Origin: Candidatus Pacearchaeota archaeon
GTDB lineage: Archaea; Nanobdellota; Nanobdellia; Pacearchaeales; GW2011-AR1
Length of the DNA stretch: 64,000 nt
Direction of reading: 5' to 3'
NCBI GenBank assembly: GCA_018304105.1
Contig: JAGVWX010000007.1
Coordinates: 27,973-91,972, forward strand
A program made the translations under genes and the position numbers. The notes beneath the pieces are model-generated. The model worked only from the letters and a program-made list of their open reading frames with translations. It was not told the DNA's origin and did no database searches. This document shows, piece after piece, positions 1-8,945 of the stretch (positions are counted from its first letter, which is position 1; each line of letters opens with the position of its first letter).

Positions 1-50
1 TTATTTAAAAGGAATTGAATTTTATTGGCACGAGATTGGTTTTTTTCATC

Positions 51-680
51 TTAATCAGAAAGGACGACTGCGTTTGAGGTTGCGTTCAAATAAATCACTC
101 TCAAGCCGGAAGTTGTTCTGATGTTTCCTGTGAGGTTGACGTTGCTCTTGTAAGCTGTGACGGAATTGCCTGAACTTGTCGAGACGTTGAAGACAATGTA
201 GTAATCCATTATTCTGATTTCATTGATGCCGTCGGGGAGATATGCTTTGACGGTTGTTCTTGCCGGATAGCCGGAGTAAAAGACTGTTTCTGACTGGGAA
301 ACTATTTTTTGTGAGAAACTTTCTATCTGGTTGAATTTCATTGTGTCTTTTATTTGTGATGAGTATGTGAGTGCGATGCCAAGAGCGGTTAAGACTATGA
401 AAAGGACGAAAGAAATTACTATGAGATATTCTGTGCTGATTTGTCCTTTGTTGAAGATATTTTGGAATTGTTTGCACCCACCCAACTCGCGGTCACGCTC
501 GGGTTGCTTGCTAATTCGCTCGCGTAACGCGCTCGCCCGCCCAGATAGTTTTGACTTGCAGTTAACTGACGAAGTCTCACGATATTCTTCGTGAGAGGCA
601 GCCAGGCAAGCTAAATTATTTCTCGCAAACAATTCTGGTTTTTCAACAGAATTATTTATTTGTCCTCTTTTGTTTTGCAT
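51..680 (-). CDS. Class III signal peptide (pilin-like) protein carrying an in-frame 73-codon repeat insertion
   Basis: KG/QISTE followed by a hydrophobic helix; MQNKRGQI start is duplicated upstream of the insertion. Confidence 0.8.
   Translation of the reverse strand: MQNKRGQINNSVEKPELFARNNLACLAASHEEYRETSSVNCKSKLSGRASALRERISKQPERDRELGGCKQFQNIFNKGQISTEYLIVISFVLFIVLTALGIALTYSSQIKDTMKFNQIESFSQKIVSQSETVFYSGYPARTTVKAYLPDGINEIRIMDYYIVFNVSTSSGNSVTAYKSNVNLTGNIRTTSGLRVIYLNATSNAVVLSD
439..666. mobile_element. MITE-like modular hairpin element (copy A1) with 9-bp target duplication
   Basis: atttgtcct at 439-447 and 658-666; tgttgaa...ttcaaca ends; modules shared with other intergenic repeats. Confidence 0.75.
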
Positions 681-743
681 AACTCTCGGAAGGAAAAGAG
701 ATTATTAAAGTTAGTGATTAGTCCGAAGGATTGTTTATACCTC

Positions 744-840
744 AATAGGACGCCAATTGAGAATGGCTGGCGTCTTGATTAGTTGGCTCACTTCGTTCGC
801 AAGTTATCATGCCGACTCCGTTAACCGATAAGTTGTGGGC
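744..840. repeat. REP-like hairpin module (AATWGGAC...GTCTTRATT + CTCACTTCGTTCGC)
   Basis: gacgcca...tggcgtc stem; related copies at 6090, 6306, 7972, 25915, 28961, 49097. Confidence 0.7.
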
Positions 841-930
841 TGTCTTTTATTATTTAAGTTTGATTTAGCCGATAACATACGATATTTTTGCTTTTATTAG
901 TTCTTTAACGAAGTTAGTTTACCAATAAAG

Positions 931-1038
931 TTTTAAAATAAAACTTAAGAAATCCTATAATAATTATAGTTAAGATTTTAAAATAAAACTTAAGAAATCC
1001 TATAATAATTATAGTTAAGATTTTAAAATAAAACTTAA
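931..1038. repeat. 45-bp tandem repeat, ~2.4 copies
   Basis: ttttaaaataaaacttaa recurs at 931, 976 and 1021. Confidence 0.9.
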
Positions 1039-1100
1039 ATGTTTACATGCATTTACATGCAATTAGTTAAAGTTTTAAAGGTTCATGCTTACTAATAATT

Positions 1101-1658
1101 ATGAAAAGCAGGCTGACTTTCTTAAGTGTATTTTTAGTGTTTTTGGTAATTGTTGCGCTCGCCCACATGTTCATTCAGATTGCCTTTTACGGAACGGGAT
1201 ATAAGGGTTTTGCGGAGAAAGGGATAACTGGGCTGGCAGTTGAAGGGAGTGAGGCGAATGGGCTGCCGATTTCGGAGGTTATTTTGTTTTTGGAATGGGG
1301 CTTGATTTTTTTGGGAGTGGTTTTTGTTTACGCGAAGCATAATATTGACTTGAAGAAGGAGTACACTTATTTGGCTTTGCTAAAAGAAAAGAAACATTTT
1401 TCCGGGGGAACTGAGTTGGACAGGTTCTACGAACTTTTGAAAGAAATGAAACATTTCAGGCTTGCGACGGCTGCGAAAGTTTTTGATGTTGACACGGAAA
1501 TTGTAGAAGACTGGGCGCAGAGTCTTGAGTCGAGCAAGGTTGCAGAGCTGACTTATCCTAGAATTGGCGGGCCGGAAATTAAATTAATTGAAGGAGCTTT
1601 ACCAAGGAATGAAGAAAGTGAAGAAGGTTCGGAAGAGGAAAAGGAGGCAAAAAAGTAG
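1101..1658 (+). CDS. Membrane protein with 2 TM segments and a C-terminal winged-helix-like region
   Basis: Two hydrophobic segments; first gene of the pilus operon. Confidence 0.7.
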   Translation: MKSRLTFLSVFLVFLVIVALAHMFIQIAFYGTGYKGFAEKGITGLAVEGSEANGLPISEVILFLEWGLIFLGVVFVYAKHNIDLKKEYTYLALLKEKKHFSGGTELDRFYELLKEMKHFRLATAAKVFDVDTEIVEDWAQSLESSKVAELTYPRIGGPEIKLIEGALPRNEESEEGSEEEKEAKK

Positions 1659-1662
1659 GTGA

Positions 1663-3855
1663 ATGGGAATAGATTTTTTTAACAAGAGAGGTGAAGCGCA
1701 AATGCCTGAGATGCCCGGATTGCCGAAGTTGCCATCACTGCCAAAGAGCAGCGATGAAGAAACGGTAAAGGAAGTAAAGAGCGTTTTGTTTAAGAAGCCG
1801 GATGATGAATTTATAAAAAGACATGAGAAAAGTCATAAAATAAAGGAAGAGGTTAAGAAAAGTCAGAAGATAAAAAGAGGAGCAGGGAAGGGTCATAAAA
1901 TTAAAAGAAAGAAGTTGAAACATATGCCGAGAAAGCTGCCTAAGAAATCACGCCGCGAAATTAAAAAAGAAATGAAGAAGCTGGGCCATGAAATTAAAAA
2001 GAAGAAGCGGAATGAGCACGGAAAAGAAAAAGAGCTGGAAGCGAACAGCGCTAAGGCGTTTGTTAAGAAAGGCTCGCTGGTAAAGATTGCGCCAGAGAAA
2101 TCAAAGAACAGCGAAAAGGTCGAAGGGTACCGCTTGGAAGTTGATGGCGCTTATGCAGATGTCGAGTTGAGAAAAGATGAAGAAGGGCTGACTTACCATC
2201 TTTCTATTCCGGAGATAAGCACGGTAACTTCTATTTTTCTGGATGAGATAAGGAATGAACTTATAAGCGCGACGACGGTCAGCATGAAAGAGCTTACCGA
2301 CCCGACGCTGTTTTACAGGATTAAGAGAAGATTTTTGGAAGATTCAAGAAAGCTGCTCAAGGAGAAACTGCCCCATACTGAAAAAGCGGTTGAAGATTTT
2401 CTTGTTGGGACGCTGATGCAGGAAATGCTGGGTTTGGGAAAGATAGAATATCTTATCTCGGACCCGAATCTTGAGGAGATTGTCATTCCGTCTGCGAAAG
2501 AGCCAATAAGAATTTATTTTAAGAAATATGGGTGGCTGATTACGAATATCAGAATTGACAGAGAAGACGAGATTGTTAATTATGCGAATATAATTTCAAG
2601 AAGAATTGGAAGGCAGATAACGGTGTTGAATCCGCTGCTTGACGCGCATCTCGTCACAGGAGACAGAATCAACGCCGTCTTGTATCCCGTGAGCACGAAG
2701 GGAAACACGATTACTATCAGGAAGTTCGCGAGAGATCCATTCACAATGATTGACATGATAACCGGGAAGACCTGCAATCTTGAAGTTGCGGCACTATTGT
2801 GGCTGGCGATTGAGTACGAGATGAACGTCCTGATTTCAGGCGGAACCGGAAGCGGGAAAACTTCTTTCCTGAATGCGTGCATGCCTTTCATTCCGCCGAA
2901 CCAGAGAATCATAAGCATTGAGGACACGCGGGAACTGATGCTGCCGGAATTTTTGTATTGGGCGCCGTTAGTTACGAGAACTCCGAATCCAGAAGGAAAG
3001 GGCGAGGTCAGCATGCTCGATTTATTGGTAAATTCTTTGCGTATGCGCCCCGACAGAATTGTCCTCGGTGAAATGAGAAAACAGCAGGAAGCGATGGTTC
3101 TGTTTGAGGCGATGCATACAGGGCATAGCGTTTATTCTACAGTTCATGCGGATTCTGCTGCCGAGACTATTTCCAGGCTGGTAAATCCACCGCTGAATGT
3201 TCCGCCGAATCTGCTGAAGTCCGTGAATTTGAATGTTGTTATGTTCAGGGATAGGAGAATGAATAAAAGGAGAGTTTTGCAAGTTGCTGAGTTTGAGGCG
3301 GACAAGGGCGGGGCGAAGGCAAATATTCTTTATAGGCTTATTCCGGACAGGGATGAAATTGTAAAGCACGCCGAGAGTTCGAGATTTTTTGAAGATGTGA
3401 CTCGAAATACGGGCATGTCTGATGTAGAAGTCAATGAAGCGCTGAAGGAAAAGATGCGAATCCTTGAATGGATGATAAAAAATGGCTTGCGAAGCCTGGA
3501 GGAAATGGGAAGGGTGACGAACCTTTATTACAGAAACAAAGAATTGCTGATGAAAGCGATCCAGCAGAATAATAAAAATTTGGTTATGAAGCAGGTTAAG
3601 AAGGAAGAGGAGAAGGCGAATAAGATAATTGCAATTGAGAGAGAAGATAAATTTGTTTTGGCAGAAGAAAAGAAAGAGATGCCTGCAGAAGGAAAGAAAG
3701 AGATGCCTGCAGAAGAAAAGAAAGAGATGCCTGCAGAAGAAAAGAAAAGCTCTGGTGAATTAGAGAATAAACAGACAATTGCCAAGCTTGACGAGCAGAA
3801 AGCAGTTGAAAAAATTCTAGGCAAAGATTTTAAACAAAAATTGGCTTGGAAGTGA
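1663..3855 (+). CDS. Type IV pilus/T2SS assembly ATPase (VirB11/TadA/CpaF family)
   Basis: Walker A GGTGSGKT, ISIEDTREL, LRMRPDRIVLGEMR, TGH..TVHA. Confidence 0.95.
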   Translation: MGIDFFNKRGEAQMPEMPGLPKLPSLPKSSDEETVKEVKSVLFKKPDDEFIKRHEKSHKIKEEVKKSQKIKRGAGKGHKIKRKKLKHMPRKLPKKSRREIKKEMKKLGHEIKKKKRNEHGKEKELEANSAKAFVKKGSLVKIAPEKSKNSEKVEGYRLEVDGAYADVELRKDEEGLTYHLSIPEISTVTSIFLDEIRNELISATTVSMKELTDPTLFYRIKRRFLEDSRKLLKEKLPHTEKAVEDFLVGTLMQEMLGLGKIEYLISDPNLEEIVIPSAKEPIRIYFKKYGWLITNIRIDREDEIVNYANIISRRIGRQITVLNPLLDAHLVTGDRINAVLYPVSTKGNTITIRKFARDPFTMIDMITGKTCNLEVAALLWLAIEYEMNVLISGGTGSGKTSFLNACMPFIPPNQRIISIEDTRELMLPEFLYWAPLVTRTPNPEGKGEVSMLDLLVNSLRMRPDRIVLGEMRKQQEAMVLFEAMHTGHSVYSTVHADSAAETISRLVNPPLNVPPNLLKSVNLNVVMFRDRRMNKRRVLQVAEFEADKGGAKANILYRLIPDRDEIVKHAESSRFFEDVTRNTGMSDVEVNEALKEKMRILEWMIKNGLRSLEEMGRVTNLYYRNKELLMKAIQQNNKNLVMKQVKKEEEKANKIIAIEREDKFVLAEEKKEMPAEGKKEMPAEEKKEMPAEEKKSSGELENKQTIAKLDEQKAVEKILGKDFKQKLAWK
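3661..3748 (+). repeat. 24-bp coding tandem repeat (EEKKEMPA)
   Basis: gcagaag(a/g)aaagaaagagatgcct ~3.5 times. Confidence 0.9.
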
Positions 3856-3859
3856 TAAA

Positions 3860-4795
3860 ATGAAATTTAATAATAGTTCTAGTTCTTTTTTGGTTGGGAA
3901 GAAGCCGAAGAGGATGCCCTTTAGAGTGCCGTTTTCTTTTTCTCAATTAGACAAGCTAAAAAAGCGTTCTGCTGTTTTTAAGAGATTTGCCGGATACAAG
4001 CGAGACACTTTACTTTTTAAGAATTTGAAAAATGCCGGAGTCGATTTGACGAGAGAAGAGTATCTCGCAATTTGCGTCGGAGGATTTGTTATCTCGTTTT
4101 TATCTTTGTTCATTTTGTCTTCGACTCTTTTGATTGTGATGCAGGTTGAGAGAGCATTAGTTCTTGCTCTGGGCTTTGCTTTTCTGTTCGGGGGTTTTGT
4201 TTTTTTCAGCCGACTGATTTATCCGAAGGTTTACAACAACAGAAAGCAGAGAAACATCGAGAGGAATCTTATTCCGGCATTGCAGGACATGCTGGTTCAG
4301 CTTTATTCGGGAGTTCCTTTGTTCACGATTATGATTAATATTTCTCTCGCGGATTATGAGGAATTGAGCGAGCAGTTCAAGAAAGCGGTGAAAGGAATAA
4401 ATGCGGGAAGGCCGCAGATAGAAGTTTTGGAAGAGTTGGGAAAGGATAATCCTTCTGAGTTTTTCAAGAAAGCACTTTGGCAGATAAGCAATGGGATGAG
4501 GGCAGGAAGCGATATTTCGATTGTTATTCAAGACACAGTGAAGTCTTTGAGCGAGGAACAGTACATCCAGATTCAGGAATATGGAAACAAGCTGAATCCG
4601 GCAATTATGTTTTATATGCTGTCTTCGGTGATTTTGCCAGCGCTGGCTATAACTTTTCTTACGATTATCTCTTCGATAGTTGGCCTTTCTGAGGCGCTGA
4701 CGCAGATGATTTTTCTTGGAATGTTTGTCGGAGTTGTAGTTATTCAAATATTGTTTTTGGGAGTTATAAAATCAGTGAGGCCGAGTTTGCTGTAA
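3860..4795 (+). CDS. T2SS F / TadC-like pilus platform membrane protein
   Basis: Follows the ATPase; TM pairs flank a T2SSF-like domain (LYSGVPL...MRAGSD). Confidence 0.9.
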   Translation: MKFNNSSSSFLVGKKPKRMPFRVPFSFSQLDKLKKRSAVFKRFAGYKRDTLLFKNLKNAGVDLTREEYLAICVGGFVISFLSLFILSSTLLIVMQVERALVLALGFAFLFGGFVFFSRLIYPKVYNNRKQRNIERNLIPALQDMLVQLYSGVPLFTIMINISLADYEELSEQFKKAVKGINAGRPQIEVLEELGKDNPSEFFKKALWQISNGMRAGSDISIVIQDTVKSLSEEQYIQIQEYGNKLNPAIMFYMLSSVILPALAITFLTIISSIVGLSEALTQMIFLGMFVGVVVIQILFLGVIKSVRPSLL

Positions 4796-6001
4796 ATGGA
4801 AAAGGAAGAAGGTAGAAAGAAGCACGAGAAAAAAATGGGCGAGCTAATGGAGGAAATAGTGCGAGCTGAAAAGAATAAAGCTAAAGGAGAAAGAGCTGCG
4901 GATAAAAAAGCCGAAGTGAAGAAAGTTGCGGAAAAAACAGTTTTTAATGAAAAAATTGCAGACAGGACGGCAAATAAAAAAGTTGAGGACAAATTTGTTT
5001 TACCTGAAAAGAAACCTGAAGAAAAAATAGCTTCTGAAAAGAAAATTCCTGAAGCAGTTAAAGCTAAAACCCTGGAGAATCAGGCTCCGGCTAGAAAATT
5101 TGGAAAAAAATATTCTGAGAAGACGACGACACTAAAACTATTTGCTTATTTTTTGATGGCAATGCTGGTTTTGACTATGCTTTATTATCTTGCTACGAAG
5201 AATGCTCGGAATTCGTTTGTGATTTTTTCCGTGGCGATTTTGCTCTTTAGTGTTTATTTAGTTATGAGAAAGCGGCTGAAGAGATATTACGAAATTAAAA
5301 AAATGGAGGATGTTTTCCCAGACTTTATTTCTCTGATGTCGTCGAATTTGAGGGCGGGAATGACAGTTGACAGGGCTTTGATTCTTAGCGCTCGGAAGGA
5401 ATTTTATCCGTTGGACAAGGAAATTATGCAGGTCGGAAAGGATATTTTGACTGCGAGGGAAATAAGCGGGGCGTTGTATGAAATGGGCCAGAGAATAGGC
5501 TCTGATGAAATTAGAAAGACGATTCAGCTGCTGATTTCAGGAATAAGGTCTGGAGGGAATTTGTCGGTCTTGCTGGAACAGACGTCGAACAACATGAGGG
5601 AAAGGGGATTTGTAAAGAAGAGGGCAGCCTCAAATGTTTTGATGTATGTTATTTTTATTTTCTTTGCTGTTGCAATCGGGGCGCCGATGCTGTTTTCTCT
5701 TTCTTCTGTTCTGGTTGAAATGATGACTACTATCTTTGCGGATGTTCCCATGAGTGAAACGGCTACAAACATGCCATTCACAATCAGCTCGATAAATATT
5801 TCGCTTAATTTTGTAATTTATTTTTCTGCGGCTTTCATAATCGTGTCTGCGATTTTGGCTTCGCTGATACTTGGGCTGGTGAGCAATGGGAACGAGAAAG
5901 ACGGCTTGAAATATATGATACCTCTAATCCTGATAGGACTTGTTGTTTTCTTCTCGTCAAGAATGGTTTTGGCAGGATATTTTGCCAGGGCGTTTGGTTA
6001 G
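4796..6001 (+). CDS. T2SS F / TadB-TadC-like pilus platform membrane protein
   Basis: FPDFISLMSSNLRAGMT...SGGNL motif; multiple TM segments. Confidence 0.9.
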   Translation: MEKEEGRKKHEKKMGELMEEIVRAEKNKAKGERAADKKAEVKKVAEKTVFNEKIADRTANKKVEDKFVLPEKKPEEKIASEKKIPEAVKAKTLENQAPARKFGKKYSEKTTTLKLFAYFLMAMLVLTMLYYLATKNARNSFVIFSVAILLFSVYLVMRKRLKRYYEIKKMEDVFPDFISLMSSNLRAGMTVDRALILSARKEFYPLDKEIMQVGKDILTAREISGALYEMGQRIGSDEIRKTIQLLISGIRSGGNLSVLLEQTSNNMRERGFVKKRAASNVLMYVIFIFFAVAIGAPMLFSLSSVLVEMMTTIFADVPMSETATNMPFTISSINISLNFVIYFSAAFIIVSAILASLILGLVSNGNEKDGLKYMIPLILIGLVVFFSSRMVLAGYFARAFG

Positions 6002-6089
6002 ACTTTGTTAATCTTGTTTGCCTTTTCTTTAATTAGACTTGCCATTTCTGAAACTGCAAGTCTTAATTATTGCTCGCTTAACTCCGCCC

Positions 6090-6383
6090 AATAGGACGCC
6101 AATTTTTGCGGCTGGCGTCTTAATTATCTGCAACTTCGCTCATTTCATTCTGCTCGCGATCAAGCGTCTAAGTAATCTTATTTTTGTGACGCTTGGTACG
6201 CTCGCTTGTTGCCTTAGTTATCGGCAATGGTTGGTTTTCAACAGAATCGTCTGGTTAGTTAAGTTTTTATATTGTTTCTGGCTTGTAGTATATAAAATAC
6301 GGGCGTTGTGCGGCGCAATAGGACTCGCTTTTCAAGAAGATGCGAGTCTTGATTTGCTGATGCGCTTCGCGCTAGCGCCGCAA
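6090..6383. repeat. Cluster of REP-like hairpin modules
   Basis: gacgcc..ggcgtc and gactcgc..gcgagtc stems; outer gcggcgc..gcgccgc. Confidence 0.7.
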
Positions 6384-6455
6384 TAAATTTATGAAAATGA
6401 AAAAGAGTGAAATAAATTTCCCACGCTTTCCATTCAACTTGGGAGGAAGCTAAGA

Positions 6456-7277
6456 ATGAAAAAGAGTATGAGACATAAACATAATCGGGCAGGGCATGAA
6501 GTGAAACATCATGCTGCTCACATAACGCATGCTTCGCACGCCGGAAAGCATTTGCATTTCGCTCACAGAGATGTTATTGGTAAAAGAGTGCAGACATGGA
6601 TTCCGCAATTTGACCATTTGATTCAGGGCGGGTTTGTGAAAGATTCCACGAATCTTCTTGTTGGGGGGAGCGGAAGCGGGAAGTCAATTTTTGCAACGCA
6701 GTTTCTTGTTGAAGCGATGAATCGTGGAGAGAAAGGGCTTTATGTTACGTTTGAAGAAAAGAAAAAGCAGTTTTATGAGAATATGCTGTCTTTGGGCTGG
6801 GACCTGGCAGATTACGAAAAAAAGGGGTTGTTTACTTTTCTAGAATATACTCCGATAAAAGTTAAGACTATGCTTGAAGAAGGCGGCGGCTCTATTGAAA
6901 GCATTATTGTAAACAAGAAAGTAAGCAGGATGGTGATTGACAGCATAACTTCCTTTGCCTTGCTGTTCAGCGATGAGCTTTCCCAGAGAGAGGCAGCGCT
7001 TGCGCTTTTCAGCATGATAAGAGATTGGGATTGCACTTCACTGCTGACTTTGGAGGAAGATCCGCTGGACAAGAATAAGTCAACTTCAAATGCCCTTGAG
7101 TTTGAAGTCGATTCGATTATTACTATTTATTATGTCAGGGAAGCAAGGGAAAGGCAAAGGTATCTAGAGATTTTAAAAATGAGGGGAACAAATCATTCTA
7201 ACAAAGTTTATCCATTTAGCATTGGAAAGAAAGGATTGGTTATAAGGAATTCGCCAGTTTCGAGAGTTTTTGGATAA
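6456..7277 (+). CDS. KaiC/GvpD/RAD55-family RecA-like ATPase with His-rich N-terminus
   Basis: GGSGSGKS, LYVTFEE, VIDSIT, ILKMRGT. Confidence 0.92.
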   Translation: MKKSMRHKHNRAGHEVKHHAAHITHASHAGKHLHFAHRDVIGKRVQTWIPQFDHLIQGGFVKDSTNLLVGGSGSGKSIFATQFLVEAMNRGEKGLYVTFEEKKKQFYENMLSLGWDLADYEKKGLFTFLEYTPIKVKTMLEEGGGSIESIIVNKKVSRMVIDSITSFALLFSDELSQREAALALFSMIRDWDCTSLLTLEEDPLDKNKSTSNALEFEVDSIITIYYVREARERQRYLEILKMRGTNHSNKVYPFSIGKKGLVIRNSPVSRVFG

Positions 7278-7382
7278 TATCTTGGTTTGTGTATTAGAAC
7301 CGATATATATATATATTATTTTGCCTGAAGAAAGTAACTAGTGTTAAGCTAGTTGATGATAGGTAATTGAAAGGAGGATGAG

Positions 7383-7940
7383 ATGGAAGGAAAACAAAAT
7401 TTAACAATAGTTGCGATTTCTTTGGTTGTCGCATTGGTAGTCTCACTGGTTGTCTCGCTGGGCGTTGCATCAAATGGTGGTTCTAACGTATATTTGAGCT
7501 CAAACTATACTGGGAATTCTTCGACAGGTAATATAAGCAGTGGAAGTAGAACCTGGAGTTATCCAGACTTGATTGCACAAAGATATGTGCCTGCGACAGT
7601 TGGCAAGGCAAACTCTACGGGGAATGATACTATGTGTAATGTGCGAATGTCGGCCGCTGTTAGAAATATTGGAAATGCAAGCGCAAATTATAGCTATACT
7701 TGGCTGCAGGCCGATTATGGGGGTTCATATGTCTATACCGTGCCTTTGGCCCCACAGCAAGCTACCGCAGTAAGCACATACTTTATTCTGCCTCCTGGAG
7801 CACACTCAGGCCTTGCATATGCTGATGCAATGGGCAATGTTGTCGAATCAAATGAATATAACAACGACTATCTGATGAACTTTACAGTTCCAGCGAATTG
7901 CGGAGTTGCGAAAGTCAGCAAGGTTATAATTGCACCATAA
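7383..7940 (+). CDS. Exported CARDB-like domain protein
   Basis: N-terminal TM; VRNIGN...ADAMGNVVESNEYNN; SD ggagg upstream. Confidence 0.8.
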   Translation: MEGKQNLTIVAISLVVALVVSLVVSLGVASNGGSNVYLSSNYTGNSSTGNISSGSRTWSYPDLIAQRYVPATVGKANSTGNDTMCNVRMSAAVRNIGNASANYSYTWLQADYGGSYVYTVPLAPQQATAVSTYFILPPGAHSGLAYADAMGNVVESNEYNNDYLMNFTVPANCGVAKVSKVIIAP

Positions 7941-7971
7941 AGATCATAAATTTTTATTTTTTTATTTTTTT

Positions 7972-8130
7972 AATTGGACGCCAGACTTGATGGTTGGCGT
8001 CTTGATTATTTTACTTGCTTCTTTTGTTTTAATTGGACTCGCAATTTTGGAAGATGCGAGTCTTAATTCTATTAGCTCACTTCGTTCGCTTAATTATCAT
8101 ACTGTCATCTTGTGCTGAAGGGTTGTGGGT
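7972..8130. repeat. Tandem REP-like hairpin modules
   Basis: Two AATTGGAC hairpins, ctcacttcgttcgc, and a tatcatactg..tgtgggtt tail shared with ~53980. Confidence 0.7.
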
Positions 8131-8197
8131 TTTCTATTAATTGTTCTAAGGATTAACTTTTAATATCTGAAGTTTCTAACTGATTATGAGGTAATAT

Positions 8198-8659
8198 ATG
8201 AAAAAAGAGGGACAGGCATGGGGATTTGATTTAGTTATTGGAATGGTCATTTTTATAATTGGCATTTTTTCTTTTTATCTTTATACTATAAATCTTTCTG
8301 GAGGCGGGGGCGAGGTAATTCAGCAGTTGGAGCAGAACGGGGAGTTGATTGCAGATAGTTTGATGTCTGAAGGAAGCCCATTGGACTGGAACGCAGGGAA
8401 TGTTGTAAGAATAGGACTGTTGTCTGAAGACAGAATAAACCAAACGAAGCTGGATGGTTTCAGGACGTTAGCAGGCGCGGACTATGCCCGCACGAAAAGT
8501 TTGTTCAGAATAAATAATGAATATTTTGTTTATCTTGATAATGATTTTGCGGGCGGAATCGGAAGAGATTCATCGAACGCAAATAATTTGTTTAAGATTT
8601 CGAGGGTTATTGTATATGATCAGAAAGTTACGACTTTGAATGTTTATTCATGGAATTGA
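8198..8659 (+). CDS. Class III signal peptide pilin-like protein
   Basis: MKKEG/QAWGFD followed by a hydrophobic helix. Confidence 0.85.
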   Translation: MKKEGQAWGFDLVIGMVIFIIGIFSFYLYTINLSGGGGEVIQQLEQNGELIADSLMSEGSPLDWNAGNVVRIGLLSEDRINQTKLDGFRTLAGADYARTKSLFRINNEYFVYLDNDFAGGIGRDSSNANNLFKISRVIVYDQKVTTLNVYSWN

Positions 8660-8667
8660 AAAAGAAA

Positions 8668-8945
8668 ATTAGTGATTTGGAAAGATTCAATGATGAGCAG
8701 GTTTTGGAGTCTGACAAGGATTTCACCTTCGGTGAAAAATTCTGCTCACAAGTTGACTCGCAAATTGTTGTTCGCCCACCCTCCCAAAACAGGCTCGTCA
8801 ACTTGCTCACTCTTCCATCCCAACCCCGCCTCCATAAAGTTAGTAAACTCGATAGACTTCGATGGAGGTTTCTATGAAAAAAGATATTACTCGCAGGTTA
8901 TTTTCTAACAAAATTTCTTATAACTTTTTGAGACGTTCTAACAGG
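8668..8945. mobile_element. Probable repeat-family insertion in the signal peptide of the VWA pilin-like gene
   Basis: gcccaccctccc and cccaaccccgcc..agttagtaaac modules between MELKKK (8650) and GAFFSTD; boundaries approximate. Confidence 0.5.

Noticed and set aside
3661-3748. EEKKEMPA repeat as a functional module
   Set aside because: Ordinary slippage repeat in a disordered charged tail
4157-4747. Long antisense or overlapping ORFs (e.g. also 54337-54948, 61854-62351)
   Set aside because: Shadow frames of well-supported genes
6039-6386. ORFs within repeat regions (also 7930-8118, 16633-16905, 28858-29244, 49078-49338)
   Set aside because: They translate hairpin repeat DNA, mostly have non-ATG starts and show no protein features
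1663-7277. Archaellum operon (FlaI/FlaJ/FlaH)
   Set aside because: Two separate TadB/C-like genes and no recognisable archaellin, FlaF or FlaG; better read as a pilus system
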